A program made the position numbers and the translations under genes. From a virus (taxonomy: Duplodnaviria; Caudoviricetes): a stretch of DNA of 33,674 nucleotides. Position 1 is the first letter of the stretch. Each line of letters opens with the position of its first letter. Shown here one piece after another: positions 24,277 to 33,674 of the stretch. The notes under the pieces are model-generated. The model was not told the origin of the DNA, ran no database searches, and saw nothing but the letters and a program-made list of their open reading frames with translations. Where the stretch lies: IMG/VR virus record IMGVR_UViG_3300007640_000118, positions 1 through 33,674 of that record; one strand, written 5' to 3'.

Positions 24277-24444
24277 CTACCCTAGCTTTTTTTTGCCACT
24301 TACTGGCTCACAGGTTTTCTTTTGCTTTCCCCTGCTAACGTACTTGGCAATGTGCATTGTCCTGTTACTACTCAGGCGTTGGTCTGGCTTTGCGAAAGAC
24401 TTTGCCGCGTCTCTATAAAGCTCCTGCTTACACTTGCTATCCAT
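24277..24444 (-). CDS. Small basic protein (55 aa)
   Basis: Not in ORF track. AGGAGG SD, TAATG coupling; MDSKCKQELYRDAAK...KKKLG. Confidence 0.75.
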   Translation of the reverse strand: MDSKCKQELYRDAAKSFAKPDQRLSSNRTMHIAKYVSRGKQKKTCEPVSGKKKLG

Positions 24445-24599
24445 TATGCCCTCCTAGTCTTTTTAGTAGTTTTCTTTTTAGATGACGCTGACGCCTTGCG
24501 AAAAGCCGCATCTGTCGGCGCACCTTGCTGGCCTTTCTTCCGCATCTTTTTACCCGAAGCACGTCTTGCACGAATGTTATCCCAAAGACCTCTTGTCAT
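24444..24599 (-). CDS. Small basic protein (51 aa)
   Basis: Not in ORF track. TAATG coupling; MTRGLWDNIRARRASGKKMRKKGQQGAPTDAAFRKA, a pattern recalled from aquatic phages. Confidence 0.8.
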   Translation of the reverse strand: MTRGLWDNIRARRASGKKMRKKGQQGAPTDAAFRKASASSKKKTTKKTRRA

Positions 24600-24775
24600 T
24601 ATGCGCCTCGTTTGATTGCGGCTGGCGACTTACGAATAGACAGCTTTCCCTTGTTCAGTATGCAGGGGCATGGTTTTGCCAGCATGTTCCCGTACTGACC
24701 ACCCTTCGCATAATGTGTTGGCCTTTCAGCCTTGCTAACATTACCGACTGACCGTGTTCCTTTTATGCCGTGCAT
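24599..24775 (-). CDS. Small basic protein (58 aa)
   Basis: Not in ORF track. TAATG coupling to the endolysin stop; MHGIKGTRSVG...AIKRGA. Confidence 0.7.
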   Translation of the reverse strand: MHGIKGTRSVGNVSKAERPTHYAKGGQYGNMLAKPCPCILNKGKLSIRKSPAAIKRGA

Positions 24776-25236
24776 TAGTCACCCCATATCTCAAAGTGCG
24801 GAGCGTCAATAAACGGACGCTTACCCTCTGCCCTACGGACATCAATATAACTCGAAGCCGCCCACTCCATCGTCCCGTCAAACTCTGCGATGTTGGCGAT
24901 GTGCCATGCACCGCCCCAGCGAATTGGAACCTTCACCTTCTTCGCCGCCTTCTTCATTGCGTCGGCGATGTTGTCGTAGAGATTAAGTTCCCATGAGCCA
25001 CGAGAGCCTATGTACGCCATGAGGTCTACGGCCTTGCCCTCCAAGTGCTTGGACTTCATGGTCTGTGACGCACCCTTTTTAACAAGCTCTGCCTGCTCTT
25101 CTTCTGTTCGTAGTCCGCAGATTACCCCGAAGTCTATGTCGGTGTGCTTGATTGCTGTAAGCACAACTAGCTTCAGGCGCTCGTCTACGCCCTCTAGTTT
25201 GTTGAGACTACGTTCAGATAACTTGAAGTCACTCAT
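24775..25236 (-). CDS. Endolysin, peptidase M15 family (L-Ala-D-Glu peptidase-like)
   Basis: GLRT.EEQ, SKHLEGKAVD, WGGAW, DAPHFE. Confidence 0.92.
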   Translation of the reverse strand: MSDFKLSERSLNKLEGVDERLKLVVLTAIKHTDIDFGVICGLRTEEEQAELVKKGASQTMKSKHLEGKAVDLMAYIGSRGSWELNLYDNIADAMKKAAKKVKVPIRWGGAWHIANIAEFDGTMEWAASSYIDVRRAEGKRPFIDAPHFEIWGD

Positions 25237-25648
25237 CCTTCATGTTCTTCCTGGCTACGCCTTTAGATTTTTCCCAGCTTCTCATGCCGCCGAGACCCAG
25301 TAACGCAAGGGTTAGGCTCATCAGTTCTCCTGATTGCAGTTGTTCAAACTCTGGCATTGGAATATCTGGAGCAAACACAGCCGTACCCCACTCAGCCAGT
25401 GGGAGGATGAAGAAGTTAGTTAGTAGTCCGAGCGCACATATCCACATGATGGCTGGCCTAGCTCCAGCCACGAACATGGATGCGTGCTTGGCTTGCGCTA
25501 CGTTAGCTTCGACCTGAGACATCGCGGCTTCGTGGGCATGTTTTTGTGCCATCGTCGCTATGTCGTGCGCCAACTTCTGCTTGGTGTCAGCGTCTGGTAT
25601 GAACTTATCCAGTAAACTACTTACTGGCCCTATTAGTGCAGATAACAT
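25229..25648 (-). CDS. Holin, GTA 3-TM-like family
   Basis: GGAG SD before ATG 25648; LLDKFIPD, FVAGARPAIMW, LLGLGGMRSWEKSKG. Confidence 0.8.
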   Translation of the reverse strand: MLSALIGPVSSLLDKFIPDADTKQKLAHDIATMAQKHAHEAAMSQVEANVAQAKHASMFVAGARPAIMWICALGLLTNFFILPLAEWGTAVFAPDIPMPEFEQLQSGELMSLTLALLGLGGMRSWEKSKGVARKNMKDE

Positions 25649-25805
25649 CTGTCTCTCCTGTTTCTCCATTGCAACACTCTGAGATGTAGAGATTGCAAAC
25701 TTGACATTGCACATGCCCATGCACTTCCACTGGCGGTAGATTGCAGTAGCATCGTGGACACTGGTTGTTATCCAGCTTATTTTGTATTGGCCCCTTTTCC
25801 TTCAT
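25617..25805 (-). CDS. Small Cys-rich Zn-finger protein
   Basis: CPRC...VHGHVQCQVC...ECCNGE. Confidence 0.7.
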   Translation of the reverse strand: MKEKGPIQNKLDNNQCPRCYCNLPPVEVHGHVQCQVCNLYISECCNGETGETDVICTNRASK

Positions 25806-25995
25806 GCCCTACCCATATTCCGAAAACGCCTGTGTAAACGCCCATGATAACGCTACAGAAAGCACTCTGACTTGCGCTTGGATCTTCCAATGACATGAAC
25901 CACTCAGCACAACGCCATGACATGGCAGTGCTGGTCAGCATCATTAGTCTTGGTAGTAGGTTGAGCGCGAGCAGGCGCTTCATTCTATCACTCAC
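25777..25995 (-). CDS. Two-TM membrane protein (holin-like)
   Basis: GGGAGG SD and GTGA overlap; LLPRLMML...WFMSL..PS..QSAF.SVIMG...GVFGIW. Confidence 0.7.
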   Translation of the reverse strand: MSDRMKRLLALNLLPRLMMLTSTAMSWRCAEWFMSLEDPSASQSAFCSVIMGVYTGVFGIWVGHEGKGANTK

Positions 25996-26198
25996 GACAA
26001 CCTCCCTCTTACTAAGGGGATGCACTTGTATGAGACTGGTACGTATGGTGGCATGTGCTTGTGGACGAGCGGCCCCATTTCGTAGATGCGTTCCACACAT
26101 TTCTCTTGAGTTTTGTAGGGGCCGAGCTGGTCGTGCAGTTCTATGCACTCTGTTTCACCGCCTATAACGCACGCTAGTAGTACGGCCTTCCACATCAT
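25992..26198 (-). CDS. Small secreted/membrane hypothetical protein
   Basis: Hydrophobic N-terminus and four spaced Cys; coupled to the giant gene's stop. Confidence 0.7.
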   Translation of the reverse strand: MMWKAVLLACVIGGETECIELHDQLGPYKTQEKCVERIYEMGPLVHKHMPPYVPVSYKCIPLVRGRLS

Positions 26199-29100
26199 CA
26201 GAAGCCGTCCTTACCGAATCCACTTGAGCCAAAGCCAGCGTTGAACTTGCTTGACTGCTTCCTCTTGCTACCAGCTTCTCCAGCAACAGCATCAACAACG
26301 CTTTCCTTGAAGCCTCGTATACCTCCAGCAATGGGAACCCTACCCATCACGGAACGGACAGCCTCACGGCGACGAGCGTTCTTCCCTTCAGGGTCGTTGA
26401 TGTACCCAGCGGGGCCAGCGATGAGGACATCATAAGCATCTTCGGCTACGCCTACTGATGGGCCTAGTATAGCGCCTGCGAAACGAACCTTGCCGTAAGC
26501 CCCGTTGTCAGCCTGCTCTGCGGTGTTGTATAAGAGTTCTGCAAACAGACCCAAGCCGCCAATAGCAAGCAGTCCTTCAAAGTAGTTGCCAGCTATTTCG
26601 TCAGTCATGCTGTCTTCTTCGACGCCGACGCCTTTAGCCAGCCACCCGAAGGAGGTGTCAGTAAACCGACGCTCTCTTAATGCACGCTGTTCGTTGTCTT
26701 CACCGCCGCGAGCCTGTACGTGGTCTTTCGCCGCCGCACTCATCCAGCCCATACCTACGCCAGCAGTGGCCAAGTACATCGCTGGGTATGGGTTCCCGCT
26801 GACGCCTTCGTCGATGACGTACTTACCCATCCGAGCCATCATCAACTGGAAGCTCTTAAGCTGGAAGAACATGGAACCCCAAGGCGTCTGCGCCCAGATA
26901 GGTATGTCGTTAGGGTTCGGTGTAAAGATGGCTTCGTTAGTGAAGCGCAGTAAGGCATAACGCAAGGCCTTGTTTGCCTGCATGTCGCTGTCACGAATGT
27001 CTGTAAGCTCTGGCGACTTGATGTCCAAGAAGTCGGTGGACGCACCTTCCCCTGTCAAACCATATCGTGTCAGGAACCTTACTGCTGTCTTGTAAGATTT
27101 GCTGTCGTATTTACCAGCAGTGGCGAGCCTTCTTGCTCTCTGTATCTCAGACTTGAAAGCCTCAAACCCCACGATGCCAGCAACTTCCCTGTTCATATTT
27201 GTCCAGGGAGTTAGTAGTGTGAAGTTGAAGAAGCTGTTTTGTAGCTTCTGCGAACCCTCGCCAGCCATCTGAACCATACGGTCGTGCAACAAGTTCTCAA
27301 TACCGACACCGATGTTCTTGGCGGCGGCACGATAAGATGGGTCTCCGTAGTATTTCTTCTGAGCCGATAGAAATGCCTTCATGTTTCCAGAGCGGATCAG
27401 AGGCAGAACCTTGTCGCCAAGAGATGTTAGCGTCGTAAAGCCAAGCAGAGATATAGAGTTAAACGCTTTGACGTTTCTTGACACTCTGTATGCGACTTGG
27501 TTTTCAGAGAACTTCTTGAGCGGCCTTTTGTTCAGAACATCCACCATATCTTCAGCCAGCTTCTTGGCGGTGGCTGAGATAGAGCCGTCAGGGAAGTCCT
27601 TAAGACCGTTGACAATGCTGTCGATTCTTATGTTCAGGTTGGCATCGCCCTGATCAGCAGGGTCGTAGTGAGACAACAACATTCTCTTTACTTCATCAAC
27701 TGTATGCTCTTTTGTCTTGAGCATTTTCTTAGCTGTTTCTACTAACTCTGTTGTCTGGTCTTCCGAGAGTTTCAACGCTGGTATTAGCATCTGCTCAATA
27801 GGCGCTTCTTCTTGGTACTGTCTGTAACGATAGACCACCTTCTTATTGGACATGAGGGTTTTAACAGCACCCTTAACGCCAGTTTCAGCTACAGACATGT
27901 ATGATGAGAAGCCATGCCCGCCCACGCCAAACTTTCCAGTCAGCGCAATCTTACGTGTTGTGCTGTCGAAGTAACGAGACACGAGACCCTCTAAGTCGTT
28001 GACCAAGAATGTGTCCATGAAGTCGTACTGCTCTGGCTGTAAGTTGATCACGCGATTGTAGAACGGGTCGCCGACGGCACGACGTATTACGTCGTCTCCG
28101 TAAACTTCGCCGTCACTGTCGAGCAAGCCGTTTATGAAATCCTCAGACTTTCTGTGCGCGGCATTAGCGTCAAGAGATGCGTCCTCAAAGTCTGGGCGAC
28201 GGCTTTCCTCAAAGAAGAACTGTGCAAAAGCCTTCTTTGCTTTCGATGGGTTCTGTCTGATTAGCTCTATGTCCCATTGCTGTGGCACATAGTAGTCTCC
28301 AGGCCCACGACGAGCGTCACCAACTGGTATTCCAAGCTCAACCATGCGTTCGCGTTCTGCCTCAAACGCAGATATAAGCTGACGAGCGGCACGCTGTTCT
28401 TTTATAGACAGCTTCCGCACTTCACTCTCGCCTCTACGGATTGCATCAATGATGCGTTTGTGAGACTGAGGCTGTGCTTGTAAATCAACGCCAGATGTTA
28501 CTCTGTTAGGTAAGAAAGCCAGTGACTTTCTACCCCAACGCCTCGCCCAGCCTTTGTTGTCATCAAGCTCTTTGAGCAAGTTGAACACAGGCATAACCTT
28601 GTCTGACAGATCAACGTCGTGACGCTCATATATCCCAACGCCATTTGCTGGCTTTATGTAGTCGCCCATCCACTTAGCGCCGTAGTCTCTCAAGCGCTGG
28701 CTGTTCTCTCTAAACCACCCAAAGATTGATGAGTTCTTTTTAACGGCATCAACGTCTTGGTCAGTGAGAGGTTCTTTTCTCACCATTCTACGGATAGGTG
28801 CAACAAGGTCTGGAACTCCAGCTTCCTGTAGCTGGCGGCTCACGCCAACCATGTCGTCAAGGTTGATTGCTCTTTCATTGAACATCATACCTTCAAGTGC
28901 GTTGCCTGTCGTAGCCAATGTCCCAGGCTCCCCAAGCACACTGTAGTACATTCCACGACGATCACTGTCGTAGAAGTCAGCGTCTACATGCTTCATGTGG
29001 TTGGGGTCGAACGTGATTATTTCGGACAACTCTGAACGACCAGCGGCTTCCCCAATAAGTCCTTCATACCCCTGCTCTTTCAGGAATTGTGCAAACCGTT

Positions 29101-32100
29101 TGCGTCCATAAACCCTGTCAGCGGCTCTTAAGCCATTTGCTTTCCCCCATTCTGCGTATGTACTTGGGTCGCTCATAGCACCAGTAATTAGTTCGTAGAA
29201 ATCCAAGCCATCCACCTCGCCCTGGCGTAAGTAGTCGGCTATAAACTGGTGTTGTTCCTCAGAGATGAACCCGCGCTTTTGTGCCGTGACCAGCATTGGC
29301 TGTATGTCTGAAGGCTCGCCAGTGCTGTAGCTAAACATTTTATTTTCTCTAATGTCGAAATGGTTTTTACGGCGTGTGAACATTGGTATTACGCCAGCCA
29401 TCTTCTTATTACCCGTTAGGCGAGCAAAGGCTTCTTTCGCGCTCTCTAGCTTCGCGTTCAAATGCGCGATTTGATCCATAGCCTTGTCGGGGTTGTTTCC
29501 TACTCTTGAGAGCCACTCAAAATGTTCGAGATATTTGTTGGCCTCTTCTATCTGCTTGATAAGACCTTCTGCTACCTCCAGCTTTTCACCCTCTAGGTTG
29601 CTTGCCAGCCTACGGTAAGCCTCAATAGGTGTCCTGTCGGTGTAGCCAGCGGCATAGCTATAGTTGGTAGATGTGTATGAGCCTGGCCCAAACTGCCCAT
29701 CTTCGCTTGGAATCAAATAGACATCTGGGTTACGCGCCCTGTCGAACTGATCCATGACTGGCGTTCCGTGATAGGTAACGAAGTCTGCTAAGTCGTCGTC
29801 GATGTCAGCGCCTAAGAACTCACGCAACATAAGCTGTTTTTCACGGCTCATGCTGTTGATAACTTCACGAACGTAAGGCCGAGCCATAGATGGGCTGACT
29901 GTTGGGTACTCGTAGGTAGAGACAGATGTTTTTATAGGCGTGCTTGCACGCTTATATGTGAACATATCGCCATGATAGAGCATCTGGCGGTACTGCTGAC
30001 GTATGGTCTGGCGTCCAATAAGACCGTTCAGTACATAAGCAACGTACTCATACAGCCTGTCTGCCATCTGCGAGAGATACCCTTTAACGGTTAGCTGAGA
30101 GAAGGAACCGTCGCCGTGACGCACGTCGTATATGTTTCCTTTTGCAACACGCTCAGTCATCCACTTACCGAAACCGTCTACAAACCACTCTTCTGCGATG
30201 TCTGTGTCTTTGTAGTTGTCGATGCGCGAATACTTTTCTGCAATGTCGAGAGCGGCTTTGTCACCTTTCTGGAGTGCTTCGTTGTAGCCCTGAAGCATGT
30301 GGTCTCTGTCAGCGCTATCAAATGTTGCACGGCTAACCATGTGGCCAATTTCGTGCATGACATCTATTGGGTCTGCGTTTCCTTGACTGATACCGATAGC
30401 AAACTGACGGAGTTGTTTCCGCATCACATTGAATGGCTCACCATTCAAGCGTGCAGTCTCAGCAAATCCAGCCTTCGCCCCTGATGGCATAGGCTCACCA
30501 GACAGCTTGAATAGATCTTCGGCAGTCATAAATGTTGTATTGTTTTCAACAAGATCTGTGGCTGTTCTGCCCATCATGTTGAGCATACGATACAACATGG
30601 TACGTGCTGTGTACTCAACCTTCTTATCGCGGTGCGTGATCTTACCAAGAACTTCCTTGATCGCCACAGGGGCGTCACCAGGAATACCGTTCTCCATGTC
30701 TGGGGTGCTACGTTGCCGAGCCTCAATATCAACGGCGCGGCCAACCACGCTCGTCTTAACTGGTAGCGGGTTCTTACGGATCGTGACGACGAAGTTGATG
30801 GCGGCTTCTGCGAGATCGTAGTCACCTTCTTCCAGAGCTTTATTGAACCGAACAATCGCGTCTGCGCCATTGTCCTCAATATCCACTTCCTTGAGGAACT
30901 TAGCTATCGACGGAGTTATCCGTATTTCGTAGTTGTCAGGCATGGCTTTTGCCCTGCTCCACAACTCTTGCTTTAACTCTCTGTTTTGTGGTGTATCGTC
31001 TCTGTTATCAGCCAGACGCTTTAGAATTTCCTTAGTGTGCATCTCTTTAGGAGAGCGTGTGACTACTGGGTTCACGTCAGGAACTGATGCGTTACCGAAC
31101 ACTTCAGATTCTGCTGTGTTTATTGACTGCGCCACTTTAACGGCTAGGTCTTTTGCCTTCTTCTCTACCCGCTTTACATACTTCTGGGCTACTAAGTTGC
31201 CGCCCTTGTAGACACGACCAGCCTTATCGACTTGTGGCGCAAGACCGTCAGTGTTTCTAAAGTTCGTATTGTAGATACGGACAAACTCATCAATGCCGTT
31301 ATCAAGGGCAATGATCATGTCGTTAGCTTGCTGAACCATTAGGGCAGATAGCTTACCGTCTGCGTCTGTCTTCTCTGATATAGAGCGAAGAATAGCGGCT
31401 TCTGTTTCAAACGAGCTTGCTAATGTGCCGCTGTTGTCGCTCATGTTTGCGACGACTTCTTCTGGTATAGACATCAGGCCGCCATCTTCCTGAGTGGCGA
31501 TAAGCCGCGCCAGTTCTGCATTGATCTCTTGGTCTGTGAGGTCTGATGCGTCTAGCTTGTTTAATGCCCCAGAGAAGCTCTCGTCGTTCAGGAACCGCAT
31601 GATGCGGTATGACTGAGCAAGCATACGACCACGAGCAATGCGGCTGGACATGTACTTGAATGGCTTAACCACCTTCCCGTTAGGGAGTGTGATGTCAGTC
31701 TTACTTCCGTCGTATAGTGGCTTGCCGTTCTTGTAGCTGTCTAGCATTGTGACACGCACGCCGCCCTCGACTACGTTGCCGTTGATGTCTGTACGACTAG
31801 CGTGCGTCTTTTCACCTGGACGACCACCAAACTTGCCGTAGACTTTCTTAGCCGCACGCTCAAGTACGTCGGCAAGGATGCGTGCATCGTGGCCTACCGC
31901 ACCACCCACACGCAACGCCTCTTCAAGTTCAATCTGAACTTCGCGCAAATCATGTAGCTGTTTAGCCGCCATACGTGCGGCAGATGTACCCTCACCCTTA
32001 ACTGTAAGAGCCTCAAACTGGTTCTTAAGTGGCCGACCAGCGGACACGCTGTCAGCGGCAATGTCTGGGTCTGGCATAATGCGGTCAAACATTTCGACCA

Positions 32101-33674
32101 GTTGCTCATCCAGAGGGCCATCCATTCCAAGCAGACGACGAACCAAGGCTTCCGCCTTTCTGCCAACGTCTCTGAACAGGCGGGTAAGTAGGCTACCCTG
32201 CGCCGCTTGGCGACGGTTTGCTACGTAGATAGCGAACTGGTTAGCGAAGAACTCTGATGGGCTACGCATTTCAGATGAGCTAATACCAGGAAGTCTCTTC
32301 TTCAGTGCGGCCACATCAGCGCCTTCAGCGCCTACGTAACCGCGTGCAATCTTCCAGAACTCCATACGCTCTGCTGGTGTCAGCATGTTCATGTATGCCC
32401 AATGAGCCATCTCATGGGCAAAGTTAAGAGCGTCTGTCTGTTTGTTTGACCTACCAATAAGGATGGTGTTGCTCTGCTGGTCAGTGGCCATGTGGCGGCC
32501 TGGCTGTTTGAAAGCGTAGTTATCTGCTTTGTCGAATACAGGCATTGCGCTTTCTAGCATTGCGCCCTGTCTGTTTTCTGAGCCAGAGATCATGTTGAAG
32601 ATCGTCAGTATCTCTGAGATCTCCTTGCTATCCTTTCCAGAGAGCGCTTCGTTTAACTGCTTGTAAGACTGGACACGAGATTGGTTCGGTAGCTTGACGC
32701 CGTTAGGCGCAAACTTAGCGATAGCTTCGTAGCCAGCCTCTAAGGCTGAAGTGAACTGATCGAACTCTTCCAGGCTCTTGAACTTGCTCCACTCTACGTC
32801 TTCCATGTCGGCTACGTAGCGCTGTAAGTCGCCGACAGTTCGCACGCTTTCAGGCAACCCAAGTTGCTTAAGTAGTGGTGGGGTGTTCTCGTCCGTTAGA
32901 TCTATATTGTCCAGTTCCTTGAGGTTTACTGCGCGGTTCTCCCTTGAACGGGGAGAGCTTTCAAGGCCAAGAACCTCTGCTGGCACAAGGCTTTCTGTCT
33001 CACCAGCCTGCCGTCCTGTCATACGTTGGCCGCCAAAAGCTATAAATTCTTGGTCTGGGTCAAGTGGACGGAATGTCTTGATGGCCGCAACAGTCCCTGA
33101 CTTTACGGGTGCGCCACGAGCATCAAGATGGTTGACTGTGCCGATAACGAATTGGTTAGGCTTAAGGTTGCCGCTGATCTGACGCAGATCTGTTTGTGGT
33201 GGCGCACCTTTTTTGCTGGTCATGTTAAGAACACGGACAGCCTTGTTCTTGCCGTAATCTGGGTGCTTCGGATCAATGATTTGCAAAGACAAAATCTTGT
33301 CTTCTGGTAGCAAGTCTTGTGTAAGGCCAGTACGAACAGGAATTTGCTCCGTAGCCCCTGTGATTGGGTCATACGACGTTACCGTCAGGGGTGCATCTTC
33401 GGAGCCAGCGTAGCGCTGAGTGTTGTGGTAGTCAGGTATCTCAGTCGGCAACGTAGCTGTAGAGCGTTCTTCAACCACTCCCTTTGAAGAAAGAACTTCA
33501 TCAAGTTCTTTCTTCACAGACTTGGCGAGTTTCTTGTAAAGCTCACTACGAGTGAACGCCATGTCTGATGTAACAGTGTCGCCGTTACGGCGAATGATTT
33601 GGTAGGCTTTCTTGCCGTCCTCATCTACGAACTCCTCTGTTGTTACCTCTAGCTGATCTACGGTTGTTGTCTGA
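26198..33674 (-). CDS. Giant polyvalent, probably internal-virion protein (>2490 aa, 5'-truncated)
   Basis: Frame stays open from 33562 to the window edge. Two HExxH motifs (HEMAH, HEIGH) with downstream Glu motifs; ART-like YHGT...FGPGSYTS...GYEG...EIITFDPN; helical C-terminal region. Confidence 0.85.
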   Translation of the reverse strand, partial: QTTTVDQLEVTTEEFVDEDGKKAYQIIRRNGDTVTSDMAFTRSELYKKLAKSVKKELDEVLSSKGVVEERSTATLPTEIPDYHNTQRYAGSEDAPLTVTSYDPITGATEQIPVRTGLTQDLLPEDKILSLQIIDPKHPDYGKNKAVRVLNMTSKKGAPPQTDLRQISGNLKPNQFVIGTVNHLDARGAPVKSGTVAAIKTFRPLDPDQEFIAFGGQRMTGRQAGETESLVPAEVLGLESSPRSRENRAVNLKELDNIDLTDENTPPLLKQLGLPESVRTVGDLQRYVADMEDVEWSKFKSLEEFDQFTSALEAGYEAIAKFAPNGVKLPNQSRVQSYKQLNEALSGKDSKEISEILTIFNMISGSENRQGAMLESAMPVFDKADNYAFKQPGRHMATDQQSNTILIGRSNKQTDALNFAHEMAHWAYMNMLTPAERMEFWKIARGYVGAEGADVAALKKRLPGISSSEMRSPSEFFANQFAIYVANRRQAAQGSLLTRLFRDVGRKAEALVRRLLGMDGPLDEQLVEMFDRIMPDPDIAADSVSAGRPLKNQFEALTVKGEGTSAARMAAKQLHDLREVQIELEEALRVGGAVGHDARILADVLERAAKKVYGKFGGRPGEKTHASRTDINGNVVEGGVRVTMLDSYKNGKPLYDGSKTDITLPNGKVVKPFKYMSSRIARGRMLAQSYRIMRFLNDESFSGALNKLDASDLTDQEINAELARLIATQEDGGLMSIPEEVVANMSDNSGTLASSFETEAAILRSISEKTDADGKLSALMVQQANDMIIALDNGIDEFVRIYNTNFRNTDGLAPQVDKAGRVYKGGNLVAQKYVKRVEKKAKDLAVKVAQSINTAESEVFGNASVPDVNPVVTRSPKEMHTKEILKRLADNRDDTPQNRELKQELWSRAKAMPDNYEIRITPSIAKFLKEVDIEDNGADAIVRFNKALEEGDYDLAEAAINFVVTIRKNPLPVKTSVVGRAVDIEARQRSTPDMENGIPGDAPVAIKEVLGKITHRDKKVEYTARTMLYRMLNMMGRTATDLVENNTTFMTAEDLFKLSGEPMPSGAKAGFAETARLNGEPFNVMRKQLRQFAIGISQGNADPIDVMHEIGHMVSRATFDSADRDHMLQGYNEALQKGDKAALDIAEKYSRIDNYKDTDIAEEWFVDGFGKWMTERVAKGNIYDVRHGDGSFSQLTVKGYLSQMADRLYEYVAYVLNGLIGRQTIRQQYRQMLYHGDMFTYKRASTPIKTSVSTYEYPTVSPSMARPYVREVINSMSREKQLMLREFLGADIDDDLADFVTYHGTPVMDQFDRARNPDVYLIPSEDGQFGPGSYTSTNYSYAAGYTDRTPIEAYRRLASNLEGEKLEVAEGLIKQIEEANKYLEHFEWLSRVGNNPDKAMDQIAHLNAKLESAKEAFARLTGNKKMAGVIPMFTRRKNHFDIRENKMFSYSTGEPSDIQPMLVTAQKRGFISEEQHQFIADYLRQGEVDGLDFYELITGAMSDPSTYAEWGKANGLRAADRVYGRKRFAQFLKEQGYEGLIGEAAGRSELSEIITFDPNHMKHVDADFYDSDRRGMYYSVLGEPGTLATTGNALEGMMFNERAINLDDMVGVSRQLQEAGVPDLVAPIRRMVRKEPLTDQDVDAVKKNSSIFGWFRENSQRLRDYGAKWMGDYIKPANGVGIYERHDVDLSDKVMPVFNLLKELDDNKGWARRWGRKSLAFLPNRVTSGVDLQAQPQSHKRIIDAIRRGESEVRKLSIKEQRAARQLISAFEAERERMVELGIPVGDARRGPGDYYVPQQWDIELIRQNPSKAKKAFAQFFFEESRRPDFEDASLDANAAHRKSEDFINGLLDSDGEVYGDDVIRRAVGDPFYNRVINLQPEQYDFMDTFLVNDLEGLVSRYFDSTTRKIALTGKFGVGGHGFSSYMSVAETGVKGAVKTLMSNKKVVYRYRQYQEEAPIEQMLIPALKLSEDQTTELVETAKKMLKTKEHTVDEVKRMLLSHYDPADQGDANLNIRIDSIVNGLKDFPDGSISATAKKLAEDMVDVLNKRPLKKFSENQVAYRVSRNVKAFNSISLLGFTTLTSLGDKVLPLIRSGNMKAFLSAQKKYYGDPSYRAAAKNIGVGIENLLHDRMVQMAGEGSQKLQNSFFNFTLLTPWTNMNREVAGIVGFEAFKSEIQRARRLATAGKYDSKSYKTAVRFLTRYGLTGEGASTDFLDIKSPELTDIRDSDMQANKALRYALLRFTNEAIFTPNPNDIPIWAQTPWGSMFFQLKSFQLMMARMGKYVIDEGVSGNPYPAMYLATAGVGMGWMSAAAKDHVQARGGEDNEQRALRERRFTDTSFGWLAKGVGVEEDSMTDEIAGNYFEGLLAIGGLGLFAELLYNTAEQADNGAYGKVRFAGAILGPSVGVAEDAYDVLIAGPAGYINDPEGKNARRREAVRSVMGRVPIAGGIRGFKESVVDAVAGEAGSKRKQSSKFNAGFGSSGFGKDGF

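Noticed and set aside
26241-33310. Many plus-strand ORFs opposite the giant gene, and similar antisense ORFs elsewhere
   Set aside because: Shadow frames of long real genes; no SDs or recognisable motifs.

Overview
Part of a temperate, podovirus-like tailed phage genome in its free (unintegrated) form, since attP is intact. Gene content suggests a marine host, probably an alphaproteobacterium; this is inference. The minus-strand packaging genes come first (portal start, terL, probable terS), then a hairpin-rich divergent intergenic region. A plus-strand early region follows, with small ORFs, a CobS/CobT-like AAA+/VWA pair, a LuxR-type regulator, a tyrosine integrase and an attP whose core matches the 3' end of tRNA-Asn, then two HTH genes and a DenV-like glycosylase. 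Next is a minus-strand block (HNH-like, resolvase, Prim-Pol/helicase, Cro-like) and a plus-strand recombination block (Sak4-like ATPase, SSB, DNA methylase, Cas4-like nuclease, dNMP kinase). The window ends with a minus-strand lysis cassette and a >2490-aa polyvalent virion-type protein that runs off the end. The strongest unexplained signals are non-coding. (1) A complete type III hammerhead ribozyme at 3545-3596. (2) A CACACACCAA leader motif in front of many early-gene ribosome-binding sites, plus a candidate minus-strand ~75-nt sRNA (11599-11673) complementary to that motif and the adjacent SD. This could be RNA-based multi-target repression in a phage with no visible CI gene. (3) An 18-nt motif present three times around the replication switch. 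Protein family calls are from motif recognition by eye, not database searches.
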